The notes beneath the pieces are model-generated. The model did not search any database, was not told the origin of the DNA, and saw only the letters and a program-made list of their open reading frames with translations. The position numbers and the translations under genes were made by a program. Shown in pieces: positions 12,001 to 18,390 of a stretch of 64,000 bases of DNA. Origin of the DNA: Candidatus Cloacimonadota bacterium (GTDB taxonomy: Bacteria; Cloacimonadota; Cloacimonadia; G963667145); assembly GCA_963676515.1 (NCBI GenBank), contig OY781061.1:758630-822629 (forward strand), given 5' to 3'. Every line of letters begins with the position of its first letter. Positions within the stretch are counted from its first letter, which is position 1.

Positions 12001-12347
12001 TTGGTCGTTCCTCGCACAGAACGCACCTTATAATAATACGCTTTACCCGGAGCCAACTGCAAATCGCTATCCACATAGCGAGTAGCCTGCACTTGCCCTA
12101 TGGAATAATAATCCTCGGCAAAGTTGCTGGAGTTTATCGACGCCCTGTATATCTCGTAATCGGAGACACCCGTTACCGAGTTCCACTCGATGACGATCTG
12201 TTCCTCGTATACACCCTGTGTCGCTGCAGCAACTGGGCTAGAAATTGTTGCTTCCATTTCTGTGGTACATCCCACGAAAAGGGATACAAACAACAATAAA
12301 GCTAGTAGAACTTTTTTTATTTTTTTCTGCCTACTATAAGCTTCCAT
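1..12347 (-). CDS. Giant surface lipoprotein with tandem Fn3/Ig-like beta-sandwich repeats (partial; the 3' end lies beyond the window start)
   Basis: ATG at 12347-12345 (minus) with AGGAGA 6 nt upstream. The N-terminus MEAYSRQKKIKKVLLALLLFVSLFVGC is a signal peptide plus lipobox Cys. Hand translation of the reverse complement shows a continuous open frame to base 1 (at least 4115 codons). The ORF track lists no other minus-strand ORF between 304 and 12534, which is what an unterminated giant ORF would produce. About 85-90 aa units recur, with motifs such as ATKGDYxDKIxVxW...YxVYR...YYYxVxA. Confidence 0.8.
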   Translation of the reverse strand, partial: MEAYSRQKKIKKVLLALLLFVSLFVGCTTEMEATISSPVAAATQGVYEEQIVIEWNSVTGVSDYEIYRASINSSNFAEDYYSIGQVQATRYVDSDLQLAPGKAYYYKVRSVRGTTKSLPRSTPAIGWLEIPTLNNVEVTKGIFPKKIGISWNVPDRIKVAAEQSLLGNAMIYYSTDSKNVTENEVSISLSELKNSEGMELEDDILKGMIYYFKTQIVIVDEGEKSSEMTALDSGWTSVESPENVYASKGDYSDKIRITWDEVYGIEGYIIYVKKESETSYTPVTEVIDGSDEFENRAYEWMDSEIGVNYRFKVTCVKDGKETGANSGENDKNPEGYYFNLGYTKYPTPTILTTTQDSIGFIRIKVQTVAPEEGQDLVVQLYRRELNSETVVKLTDVLGAVASSGGMGIITLEDGVISNVEPGKKYYYSATVYESDGGKVIGESDYSTEKVGYAAIEPPFSMSATKGGDSVVVVRWNKVENAKSYIVIYKQGMAGDWARLPSITADTLLTNMTLTQDEYSIDRGVKYIYKIRSKNDVESSEDSDIDSGWIKIAAPDGFKSVGVNTDWVDLEWDPVKYAQNYNLYRKLKNTTDAYAFIEKVSGETVTYKDTGLATATEYMYQIETESSILLSTGDYETSGKVELSSSAMTALTIPVLDSVSHNLDSKIILYWESKSNESYRVYYKDYDSNDGWEEGTSVAVGDSTVTLYPEEGKLTYGKIYQFAVTTSKEGWGESDLSNIVEGYMKLDAAYSLTAGKDEYADKIMLQWKTLKNSGATKYQVCRKVVGGADDYEVIENKDNDGSTEYTYYDESSTLDCEKEYLYKIVSHRADYATKKHAEVTSNIDTGWVSLQPPDFDRASLATEDDTINLYFSKAAAVNYGIYYKTAKHGQKKLLGYIADADADDRGDGYMCYSVPVYEGATADSSIDADTGQVVYFALSTYKPNEGRESVLTEFKPGFTELPILTFSDGASKGEDNKIVIKWNTIEAGDDVLTYQMLRTNTGNEEVTLDVSNNGDYTDVDNVLEGRKYIYRVRVINKTAEREIDSVYPEENLSAAWSEYSDTTTGYSQLTAVRNFLATGPQETALKDSVLLTWTNKGDRVNCIGLRREEDSVAWVTMFSGLQDVSQWTDATAKANHYYYYRLAVATEDYPNVKVSCDSVFGYAMPTPPEHVEASKAEYADKIVVQWDAVTKAEKYQICRYIESGDSAIFTKDTSELRFSTTGDTVYLDDGNVAKGFSYTYKIRGFLGDIGQTGYSDLSTEYKRNLATGYTKMPNVSNIKATDGKYRDSIVVTWDSVAVAESYFVERSRVGATSSADTTSFSIETNRFVDEKKETLLDGQKYEYRIAVQKGTQISEGWEALYDVGWLAIAGPVNVEASRGLIDSIVITWDTLIVVDDVTEYQVWKEGNDDDGIEDAMVRGELSDITQEYKYTVTAKEVGADIEFFVKGVSAEFGASCKSEVVTGYTKLYPVANFAATPISSSSSINLSWDPSQNSDSTVLEVKVAATYQPLATLSSTEGNYTHANLKVGKTYEYRAQANRVGSTGIEQNSEFVTVDTYIDIPSITFDTVSKGTYLSDVRLAWPSLPTGDELRFQIFVYQTAADYNDGTNVYDTLEVEDNSKSHYFYLHNAVNATAGKFHPGTKYYYRIRTQTTPNGVWSPLSQQEEGKPYYGWAKTPAPYVTKITKDSIMAIYLEWTTPSAAKSFEVKRAFDFSGKEDTTYQTVTTTSLEDVVGIFTGHKYVYQVRALNENCENEKSDWSDECIGIAQLLAPDGVEATKGDVQDTIIVSWNAPQNLSNPSYGATKYLVYRGESDSVELMNYIGNIEPSDWDGYSQKTLSYTDALDDRKIGEMFYYGLIAKVGAQESEMSMLDSGWAEIPAPEFVKYTAQDGEYALIEDSIRMTWEDPCELSPNSITYEIDYKIGEAVANTIEDIPGTTKDTSIFVEEADRFKYNSVRIRSKRATYGYSAWSEWLPLYTKMPTPEVDDVISSLLTIGSYVKVSYSCPNDWVDSIFFYREVAESQNERYSVAVRPNEGQGVPGFFEDNKFLMMMTTYAYSVRFYKDITGMSDYSDTMTITTPLLPPENIEATNGEYEDKIVVSWDGMQSASLTDISYNVYTDSILNSNDFDLTKDKPEEGKRITGNNDANYTDLPPTAPEFTVEVGAKYTTGNEWFGIKRGRRYIFAVNVNGSVNFRSSAGNYSALSGTAIGYARISTPDMVSASTGDYEKKIVVKWKKSDAYQHDDLVSYRVYQKDETTGIVDSTQILSPGDMTISGDTIILTQNAVTAKLEEKHKYSYQVRAMMAASGDMTVAHSSLMSADSATGWLALPTPLGFSASDGLATDSIYLQWENPKNYTTQIYKSDTLATLWDNQLISLQGTQYSVEIEDESEQGKYIYFGVRFYDADFGTSSTESTICTDSGFALFDGVEIKYVSKGDYLDSIRIDWQPYTNADYYNLQYLQKDAVAGSWSTTRADIGDSYTLKNIIESNRGEIFYFRLRANNSVVQLQPSDGYGEQDSGYTQLDKVGGFNATKGDLEDTIRLNWSLVPNADYYEVWRTDDTTSQWAQINTTSELLYKDPIDDLIYGKIYYYKALAVNDLTVTFGEEQKNYSDIDSGYISVPVPQNVEATDGEYHDKVVISWDNLTKVEGYIIDTAQSNNLLDYGVMDTIRPASTDDRHVYEESIEGGKLEVGVRYYFRVRAFTEAKEGDKETANSDPGYIALTTPMDVRASQGTSTDTITLTFKAFDNLTGMDNYEIVRRAREDRDTFDVDYDETRFSVDASSADSITIKVQDYNSLNSSDGYIYDYRVRSKKATIYSDWSGWSDYGWITLKPLEITVDNEQDGLMTDSIKISWDTNAQQFSRVNKLDIYYDTVSEPADDWTSLLSLEKQYSQLASGYLMINTRDNQNFAPATMYYFKAKSCYFDEAIQISSAFSALDSGWYKLRTPEVEFSSIGENSDTITLRWSKQELPHGRNEEVEYIISRDYTPEYKILSDTGCFCDTTNVEEGVCFTYTITARHPRYLSSAPTEKIVAYARLLPPYLIGATPYGEDSITLEWQYEQDYIKNIDSFYIYRKTAYDDPERDPVYTMAVDVNKYNYTWSDEDCLLGTDYYYYMRAYKDGMTISDTSAVKMASLELLTPSLSYTDKGVDTGQITIKWYGTKDAKEYVILRSENTEFDPSVIVDTVDGSPTQYLDDNNGVGLEDGTVYYYKVQAKRDQHLSSASSYRGGYTKLKKPKIVTISKNTPEIAMEWSREGGNEDSKARIFVGEGNEVVNPLDSISLKDSTTDDLIGRFSSSDWFVEGKEYYTKLKTYITKTTVMTAGGGTEVFEICSDFSLAKKFYSSIAQPDLKLYNGKLDTLRVEWNRMDNDVVSDVVVQWTADGFGSSADIMETSFVNNGADSSGILERSESEEQRLLPGKKYYFRIRFQRSEVLSDWSDIVEGWLKLPAPINFTATKGKYADSIRFTWDNYLEDTDTALDQTSRYVIYYDNGSESVQLANGAVTNKDDFYDITLSMEGTLTRGIMTQFQIRGETPSGSELPFQTEELSQDSGHTRLMLPASSANLTKDEDNQIVLSWTTELTDDGDVLKAYQDLDVRYQIQRRESANAFTESILKSIDSLEWEEYTDSKDLTPSKVYYYRMRFYSQEYYNDYNNMDKSSSPWYDIPDSGTIKVNPPEIEQLRDGDFYTDKVNLNIRRSTGADSVLLYREDNNQGNSHIIDTIIFDDNVTAYKGWLTYVDTKDILSGSMYKYYGVAYAKERYSKNGDPLTSYTKLQTPAWLTASDGKFSEMIVAEWDTVARADGYFIWISEDATGDLVDSAEVPSQDSTVNLVSASISNVEIGKKYRFAIAAWNSRCYYDGQRVYSDVSSDIGYLKFYSPEHVTLSQDSVGFVKLQIGYDDPGFELEVYRSADTATVNNTENDWGSYNKISPSDKKYDAAKTEYVCKDILSSTEGKDGVQYAYMVQVYQSGMKDAISDTFKTWLENESGEKKGWNQAGLYDNEIVATQGTYQDSIVVVWEKSGDESFVDGIKYMWVEYDLQTSDVAQDSGTTDDTCLVRYAQSKESSQKVKNGNKYIYKLKKIFYDESSQAYTTSEVSDESATGWAKMEKPEIRLTTT

Positions 12348-12699
12348 ACAGTGTCTCCTTCTTTATAAAATCGTGCAAGTTAAACGCATTTTTAAACATT
12401 TTTGGCATTTTTGGTAAATTTCCTATCTCTTTATAAAATAATATAGTTATCACTACTACTCCGACCTCTTTCACTCATTTTAGGGGTACAAAACACGCCC
12501 ATACTATCCAAGCTGGTCTTCCGTGTAGTTTTTGTCAAATATTTTTTAATCTTTTACCCACATCTCGTATTTTACCCAAAAACAAGCAAATACGGACAAC
12601 GAAAAAGAAGTAATCCACACAAAGACAACACTTTATCCACAACAAAACCAGCACAAAAAAACAAAAAAAAAGAAAAGAAGTAAACAAAACTAAATAAGA

Positions 12700-12744
12700 A
12701 AAATTACTGAAAAACAAATAAATGTTTCAATTTTCAGTAATTTT
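12700..12744. terminator. Perfect 14-bp inverted repeat (aaaattactgaaaa / ttttcagtaatttt) with a 17-nt loop, flanked by A/T tracts. It could be a bidirectional terminator or an operator, about 350 nt upstream of the giant gene.
   Basis: The palindrome is read directly from the sequence. U-rich flanks are present on both strands. Confidence 0.4.
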
Positions 12745-12949
12745 CTTTTATCCATTTAACTTTTTGTTTTCCAGTTAGATATGCACTTAGATTTTTTTTG
12801 CTTTTTTTTTCTGTTTTTTTAAACTACAAGAGAATAAAGAGTAAGAAATTGTCGTTTTTTTTCATAAATGGGCAAAAATAGCAATTTTTAATTGATAATA
12901 GAGGATTTCTACTTTTCTCTTTTAGAAACCTACTTTGTTAAAATCTGCT

Positions 12950-13625
12950 CTCCTGACGACAGATTCCCTCATCCTCACGAAAGCTAAGAACCAAAACCAC
13001 AGATGGACACGGATTTCCTCATCCTCGCGAAAGCGGGGATCCAAAGGCGGGCTAGTGATGGCGGTTCTCTCTCGCTAGGCGGGTGGGGTTTCCTCCGCTT
13101 CACGGGCAGAGCCAGAAACACAGTCAGTCGTCTTTGGCACTGCAAAGCCAACAATCGAAAATGCACAGCTAAGAACAAATCTCGGAGGTGCTCTCCACCA
13201 CGGACAACCTACACACCTCACGCCATATCTCCGGAGGATTGAAGCGGAGCGGTTTTCTTTTCTCCTCCAATCTGACCACATAAATGAAATCTCAAATGAT
13301 TAGCTATATTTATGTGGTCAGGGCGGGAAACAAGGTGTGGGAGTGGCTAGTAAATAATTAAAACAGAAAGCGTAAAATTCGTTTACCGCCCAAAGCTACG
13401 CTGACGACGAAGTGCTATATCACCTATGAAAGACAAAATGCGATTCATAGCACGAGGCTGACAGCGTGCGAGGAAGGTTTAGAATTTAGCTTGCTGATTT
13501 GGTATTTTGACTTTACCTTTTGTTACTTTTCGCTTTGGTCAACCAAAGGGAAAAGTAAGACCCTCCGTCAGGAGGCCAGCTAAAAGAATGGATTCCTGCT
13601 TCCGCAGGAATGAGGAATGGTGGTA
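12950..13625. repeat. Mosaic hairpin-rich intergenic repeat, copy 1 (module order A', A, B, C, D, E)
   Basis: It shares long near-identical segments with 36625-37111 (direct) and 35255-35470 (inverted). It contains a GNRA-loop hairpin (atcctcgcgaaagcggggat), a long module-C hairpin (acgctg..gtgctat..atagcac..cagcgt), the module-D hairpin (ttacttttc..ctttggtcaaccaaag..gaaaagtaa) and the module-E hairpin (attcctgcttccgcaggaat). The copy is bounded by ctcctgacg at 12950 and cgtcaggag at 13565. Confidence 0.75.
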
Positions 13626-13634
13626 GCACGATAC

Positions 13635-13671
13635 AAAAAGAGGTCAAAGCAAAAGCTCTAACCTCTTTTTT
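13635..13671 (-). terminator. Hairpin with an A tract before and a T tract after, immediately 3' of the EamA transporter gene
   Basis: aaaaagaggt..(loop)..acctcttttt; the stem is agaggt/acctct. Confidence 0.5.
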
Positions 13672-13685
13672 AAAACCATCAATTT

Positions 13686-14627
13686 TTAGTCACTCTGGCT
13701 CATGAGAGCTTTTTCCCTATCCCGCACGATGAAAGAGAGTGCCAACAGAAGCACAGCACAACCTGCTAGTTGCACAGTGTTTAGCGTATTTCCATTGATG
13801 AAGTAATCCAAAACTATCGCCGTGAGTGGCCAAAAAAGCTCGAAGAGCGTGGCGATAGATGCGGAGATTTTCTTGAGACCGAAGTAGTAGAGGAAAATCG
13901 CTCCTGCTCCGCTGGTGCAGAGGATCAGCCCGAAAAGCAGCCAGTGGGAGAGAGTAAAGCTTTGTGTTTGCACGATTTGCCCCGAGACACAGATGTAAAG
14001 CAAGGCTATCAAGGCGGTGAACCCAAATCGCAATGAGGTAGCCGCTTTGAAATCCAGATCGCTGACGATCCGCTTGCCAAAAACCGTAGAAGAGCCAAAA
14101 CTAAAAGCTGCTATCACTGCAAAAAAAGCTGCGTTGTGTGTCAGATCCAGATCTTGCCAATTTAGCCCGTGTTTGCCGAAAGCGATAAAATAAGTGGCGA
14201 AAACAGCCACCATTGCCCAGAGGTAAAAAACTTTCCCCATTTTTTCTTTGAGGAGCAAACGAGCGATCAAGATGGCAAAAATTGGTTGCAGTTTTTGCAG
14301 GACGACCACAGTCGCAAAAGAGATTTCTCCGTTGACAGCGGCAAAAAAAGCTTTGGTGATGAACAAAGTGCCCAAAAAGCCTCCTAAGAGGCAAATCCAG
14401 CCTATTGCCAGCCAATCTCTTTTTTGCAGTGCTGCAATCTCTCGAAAATATTTTATGCCGAAAGGGAGCATAATTATCGCTCCGAAAAAATGCTCCCAAA
14501 AAACCACCAACGCTGGGGGAAATCTGTAAAACTGAGGACGGATGAAAACTCCGTCGGCACTCCACATAGAAGCTGCCAAACCTACCGCCAAGCAGCCAAT
14601 TATCAACTGCAAATTTTTCTTGTTCAT
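13686..14627 (-). CDS. EamA/DMT-family membrane transporter
   Basis: 313-aa ORF made of hydrophobic helices throughout, with the overall EamA-like duplicated 5-TM character. Confidence 0.6.
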   Translation of the reverse strand: MNKKNLQLIIGCLAVGLAASMWSADGVFIRPQFYRFPPALVVFWEHFFGAIIMLPFGIKYFREIAALQKRDWLAIGWICLLGGFLGTLFITKAFFAAVNGEISFATVVVLQKLQPIFAILIARLLLKEKMGKVFYLWAMVAVFATYFIAFGKHGLNWQDLDLTHNAAFFAVIAAFSFGSSTVFGKRIVSDLDFKAATSLRFGFTALIALLYICVSGQIVQTQSFTLSHWLLFGLILCTSGAGAIFLYYFGLKKISASIATLFELFWPLTAIVLDYFINGNTLNTVQLAGCAVLLLALSFIVRDREKALMSQSD

Positions 14628-14648
14628 TTTCGTTTCGTCCTTTTTGAT

Positions 14649-15110
14649 TTATATCTGCTTCAAAAGATTTGCCATCTCCAAAGCACAAACGGCAGCCTCG
14701 GCTCCTTTGTTGCCCGCTTTCGAGCCTGCTCTCTCTATAGCTTGCTCCAGCGTGAGCGTGGTGATAACTCCGAATATCACGGGCACTCCGGTCTGCAACA
14801 TCACATTGGCGATGCCTTTGCTCACCTCCGCACCTACGAACTCGTAATGGCTGGTTTGCCCTTTGATGACAGCTCCCAAGCAGATGATGGCGTCGTATTT
14901 GCCACTAATGGCAAGTTTCTGTGCCGCTAGCGGTATCTCGAAAGCTCCTGGCACTTTGACAATCTCGATGTTGTCTTCTGCTACCTCGTGCCTTTGCAAA
15001 CTGTCCACTGCTCCTTCTACGAGCCTCGTGCCGATGAAATCGTTAAATCTGCTGACCACGATAGCAAATTTACCGCCTGTTCCTATCAATTTTCCTTCAT
15101 AAGTTTTCAT
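14649..15110 (-). CDS. ribH: 6,7-dimethyl-8-ribityllumazine synthase
   Basis: 153 aa; [26 protein letters not shown]...GAFEIP is typical of RibH. Confidence 0.85.
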   Translation of the reverse strand: MKTYEGKLIGTGGKFAIVVSRFNDFIGTRLVEGAVDSLQRHEVAEDNIEIVKVPGAFEIPLAAQKLAISGKYDAIICLGAVIKGQTSHYEFVGAEVSKGIANVMLQTGVPVIFGVITTLTLEQAIERAGSKAGNKGAEAAVCALEMANLLKQI

Positions 15111-15131
15111 AATTTCTCTCCCAGTATAAAT

Positions 15132-16328
15132 TCAAAATTTCAACAAATGTCCCATTTTATTCTTTTTCGTTTTCAGATAATAGTCGCTTTCGCTGCTGTG
15201 CTTTATTTGGATCTGGACTCTTTCTACGATTTCCAAATCGTATTTGGATAATCCCGATATCTTGTGAGGATTGTTGGTGAGCAAGCGGATCTTGCCAACT
15301 CCCAAATCGCTCAGTATCTGAGCTCCTGTGCTATATTCTCGCATATCTTCGGGGAATCCCAACGCCAAATTCGCCTCCACCGTGTCCATGCCTTGGTCTT
15401 GCAAGTCGTAAGCTTTTATCTTATTCAAGATGCCGATGCCCCTGCCTTCTTGTGTCATATAGAGGAAAACGCCCGTGCCAGCTGACTCTATCAGCTTCAG
15501 AGCTTCCGCTAGCTGTCCTCCACAGTCGCAGCGAAGCGAGCCGAAGGTGTCGCCTGTCAAGCATTCGGAATGCACTCTCACCAAGCACGGCTCATCCTTT
15601 TGCGGTCGTCCCTTTACCAAAGCGATGTGATGCTTGCCAGTGTGAATCTCTCGATATCCCACCATCTGGAATTTGCCATATTTGGTCGGCAACTCGGCAG
15701 ATGCGACTTTTTCCACCAGCTTCTCCTGCTTTTTGCGATATGCTATCAGAGCCTCGATGGTGACAATCTTCAGGCTGTGCTCACGAGCAAACTCTACGAG
15801 TTCAGGCACTCTTGCCATCGTGCCGTCTTTGGACATAATCTCACAGATAACTCCAGCAGGTTTACACCCTGCCATGCGAGCCAAGTCGACTGCAGCCTCT
15901 GTGTGCCCAGCTCTTTCCAGCACTCCTGCATCTTTGGCTGCCAGAGGAAAGATGTGCCCCGGCTGAGTAAAATCCTGGTTCTTGCCGTTATTGTCCAGCA
16001 GTGCCTGAATAGTGCCCGACCTCTCGAAAGCGGAGATGCCCGTAGTGCAATCTTTGTGGTCGACCGAGGCGGTGAAAGCTGTCCCCTTGGCATCGGTGTT
16101 CTTGGCAACCATCGGGAGCAGTCCCAGACTGTCCAGCTTGCTCTGCGTCATCGGCACGCAGACCAGCCCTCTGGCGTGTGTCACCATAAAGTTGATCACC
16201 TGTGGCGTGGCGTGCTCGGCACAAACCAAAATGTCGCCCTCGTTCTCCCGATTCTCATCGTCCACCACGATCACCATCTTTCCCAGTTTGAGGTCAACAA
16301 TAGCTTCCTCTATCTTATTAAAAATCAA
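15132..16328 (-). CDS. ribBA: Bifunctional 3,4-dihydroxy-2-butanone-4-phosphate synthase / GTP cyclohydrolase II
   Basis: 398 aa; the N-terminal DHBP synthase part ([14 protein letters not shown]) and the C-terminal GTP cyclohydrolase II part (CxxC...C zinc motif) are both present. Confidence 0.85.
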   Translation of the reverse strand: MIFNKIEEAIVDLKLGKMVIVVDDENRENEGDILVCAEHATPQVINFMVTHARGLVCVPMTQSKLDSLGLLPMVAKNTDAKGTAFTASVDHKDCTTGISAFERSGTIQALLDNNGKNQDFTQPGHIFPLAAKDAGVLERAGHTEAAVDLARMAGCKPAGVICEIMSKDGTMARVPELVEFAREHSLKIVTIEALIAYRKKQEKLVEKVASAELPTKYGKFQMVGYREIHTGKHHIALVKGRPQKDEPCLVRVHSECLTGDTFGSLRCDCGGQLAEALKLIESAGTGVFLYMTQEGRGIGILNKIKAYDLQDQGMDTVEANLALGFPEDMREYSTGAQILSDLGVGKIRLLTNNPHKISGLSKYDLEIVERVQIQIKHSSESDYYLKTKKNKMGHLLKF

Positions 16329-16364
16329 AATATCCTCCTATTATGAGTAATTGTGCAAATAGTA

Positions 16365-17012
16365 TCAAAAAAATCCGTTCTCCGCTAAAAACTGCGGTGT
16401 TATCTCTTGTCCTTTGGGCGATGCATCTCGCCTGAGCAGAGACTGGCAATATTTCCCCAAGATGTCTGTTTCCAAGTTTAACTGCTGTCCGACCACGGCG
16501 TTGTGCAAGATTGTGTGCTGACTCGTATGCGGTATGAGTGACACACCAAATCCGCTCTCCACTACTGAATGCACCGTGAGACTAACGCCACTGACGGCGA
16601 TAGAGCCCTTGTCCACCAACAGAGCAAGGATTTCATCGGCAGCACCTATCTGCAGGAGCGAGGCGTTGCTTTGTTGTGTGATGCTCTGCACCCAGCCCAC
16701 ACCATCGACATGCCCCGTGACGAAGTGTCCGCCGAGGCGACCGCCGACTTTGAGAGCTCGCTCCAGATTTATTCTGCTACCTGAGCGTAAAGAGCCCAAG
16801 GTGGTGATTTGCCAAGAGACCGGCATCACATTCACCACAAAGCTGTTTTGCTTGAGCAGGCTCACCGTTAGGCACACACCATCTGTCGCCACGCTGTCAC
16901 CCAGTGCCAAATCGCTTTGGATGTGCGGAGCGGCTATCTCCAGCCTGCCACAGTCGCTGCCTTTGTCGATGGCGACTATCTCGCCCAACTCTTCCACTAT
17001 GCCTGTAAACAT
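16365..17012 (-). CDS. ribE: Riboflavin synthase alpha subunit
   Basis: 215 aa; MFTGIVEELGEIVAIDKG plus an internal duplicated lumazine-binding repeat. Confidence 0.85.
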   Translation of the reverse strand: MFTGIVEELGEIVAIDKGSDCGRLEIAAPHIQSDLALGDSVATDGVCLTVSLLKQNSFVVNVMPVSWQITTLGSLRSGSRINLERALKVGGRLGGHFVTGHVDGVGWVQSITQQSNASLLQIGAADEILALLVDKGSIAVSGVSLTVHSVVESGFGVSLIPHTSQHTILHNAVVGQQLNLETDILGKYCQSLLRRDASPKGQEITPQFLAENGFF

Positions 17013-18118
17013 CTATTGTCCTCCTTGGGATACGCCGTTATCAGCAAATCTTCGCCCACTTTTTGCACGCTGTCCGTCCGCAAATCTGGGGCGTCTTGCA
17101 ATCGTGCTACACCTTTTCCTGCAAAAATAGAGAGAGCCTCTTGCCCGCCGATGATTTTAGGAGCTAAAAAGAGCAAGAATTTATTTATCGCCCTCGCTTG
17201 CAAAAAAGCGGTCGCCAAAGTCGCTCCACCTTCCAGCAATATCGAGTCTAGCCCTAATTTCCCTAGCTCCACCAAAGTCTGCCACACATCCAGTTTGCCG
17301 CCTGTGGCTTTCACTTTTAGCACTTTTGCTCCCAAGCTCTCATACTCGGCTTGCTTTGCTGGGCTGATAGTAATGGCACAGACCAAGATGGTCTTGGCTT
17401 TCGTCGGTTGAGTGAAAATCTTCGCCGTCGTGGGAGTTCTGCCAAAAGCGTCCATTATTACCCGATAGGGCTCTGCAACTATCTTGCCCTGCTTCCTCGC
17501 TGTGAGCGATGGGTCGTCTGCCAGCATCGTTCCTACTCCCACCATCACTGCCATCACCGCGGAACGCACCTGATGCACCATTTCTCTGGAATCTGGGCAA
17601 GAAATCCACTGCGACTCTCCTGTGGCGGTGGCGGTCTTACCGTCCAGAGATGCTGCCGATTTGAAGACAACGAAGGGCGTCTGCTTTTGGATGTAATGCC
17701 AAAAAATCTCGTTCTGCTTCTTCACCTCTCGGGGCAATAAGTCACTCTCCACAGCCACGCCAGCTTCTTGCAAAAGAGCGATTCCCTTGCCTGCTACCAG
17801 AGGGTTGGGGTCGATAGCTCCGATGTAGACTCGGCGAACGCCAGCTTTGATGAGAGCCACGGCACATGGGGGTGTCTTACCGTAATGAGAGCAAGGCTCT
17901 AAGGTAACATACATCTCTGCATCTCGTGCTTGCTCTGCCGCTGCTCGCAGGGCATTCACCTCCGCATGAGCTTGCCCATAGCAGTGGTGGTAGCCTTCAC
18001 CGACTATCTGTCCATCCTTCACCAGCACAGCACCCACCAGAGGGTTAGGGTTTGTCCTTCCTCTCCCTTGCTCTGCCAGCTCCACCGCTCGTAGCATATA
18101 TTTCTTATCGTAACTCAT
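16997..18118 (-). CDS. ribD: Bifunctional diaminohydroxyphosphoribosylaminopyrimidine deaminase / 5-amino-6-(5-phosphoribosylamino)uracil reductase
   Basis: The deaminase zinc motif HAEVNAL...PCSHYGKTPPC and the reductase domain are present. Start chosen at the second Met (MSYDKKYMLRAVELA), which has a GAGAGG RBS. The first ATG at 18151 lies inside the leader terminator. Confidence 0.8.
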   Translation of the reverse strand: MSYDKKYMLRAVELAEQGRGRTNPNPLVGAVLVKDGQIVGEGYHHCYGQAHAEVNALRAAAEQARDAEMYVTLEPCSHYGKTPPCAVALIKAGVRRVYIGAIDPNPLVAGKGIALLQEAGVAVESDLLPREVKKQNEIFWHYIQKQTPFVVFKSAASLDGKTATATGESQWISCPDSREMVHQVRSAVMAVMVGVGTMLADDPSLTARKQGKIVAEPYRVIMDAFGRTPTTAKIFTQPTKAKTILVCAITISPAKQAEYESLGAKVLKVKATGGKLDVWQTLVELGKLGLDSILLEGGATLATAFLQARAINKFLLFLAPKIIGGQEALSIFAGKGVARLQDAPDLRTDSVQKVGEDLLITAYPKEDNRCLQA

Positions 18119-18148
18119 CTTGAGCCTCTCTTTTTTTCCACAAAAAAA

Positions 18149-18178
18149 CACTTGCCCTAAAATATTTCAAGGCAAGTG
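18149..18178 (-). terminator. Intrinsic terminator of the rib leader (FMN riboswitch expression platform)
   Basis: Minus-strand RNA gcacuugcc-uugaaauauuuuag-ggcaagug followed by U7. Confidence 0.8.
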
Positions 18179-18194
18179 CTACTAAAAAACGCTC

Positions 18195-18335
18195 TACAAC
18201 TTCTCTCATCTAGACTTTAACTATCGGTCTTGGATTTGCACCAAATCAATCTTGCTCAAAGACAAAACTCGCGGACTATTACCGCCGGTCGGGAATTTCA
18301 CCCTGCCCTGAAGTGTTTATTTATAGACAAAGGAA
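18195..18335 (-). promoter_or_regulatory. FMN riboswitch (RFN element) upstream of ribD
   Basis: The minus strand reads GGGCAGGGTGAAATTCCCGACCGGCGGTAATAGTCCGCGAG...GGTGCAAATCCAAGACCGATAGTTAAAGTCTAGATGAGAGAAG, which is the conserved RFN core, upstream of a rib operon. Confidence 0.9.
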
Positions 18336-18390
18336 TTTTTTCATTTTCCCTGTCAACTAATTATTTTTCTTCGCTAGAAAGTTTGCTTTT

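Noticed and set aside
38-12300. Many 60-150 aa plus-strand ORFs in the six-frame track across the first 12 kb
   Set aside because: They are antisense to the continuous giant minus-strand ORF and have no RBS or conservation logic. They are typical shadow ORFs.
14101-14930. Overlapping ORFs on both strands across the EamA/ribH region (e.g. 14101-14688 minus, 14424-14930 plus)
   Set aside because: Alternative-frame or antisense ORFs overlapping well-supported genes, with no independent signal.
18119-18151. First ATG of the ribD ORF as the start
   Set aside because: It lies within the riboswitch terminator stem and U tract, while the second Met has a proper RBS and a conserved RibD N-terminus.
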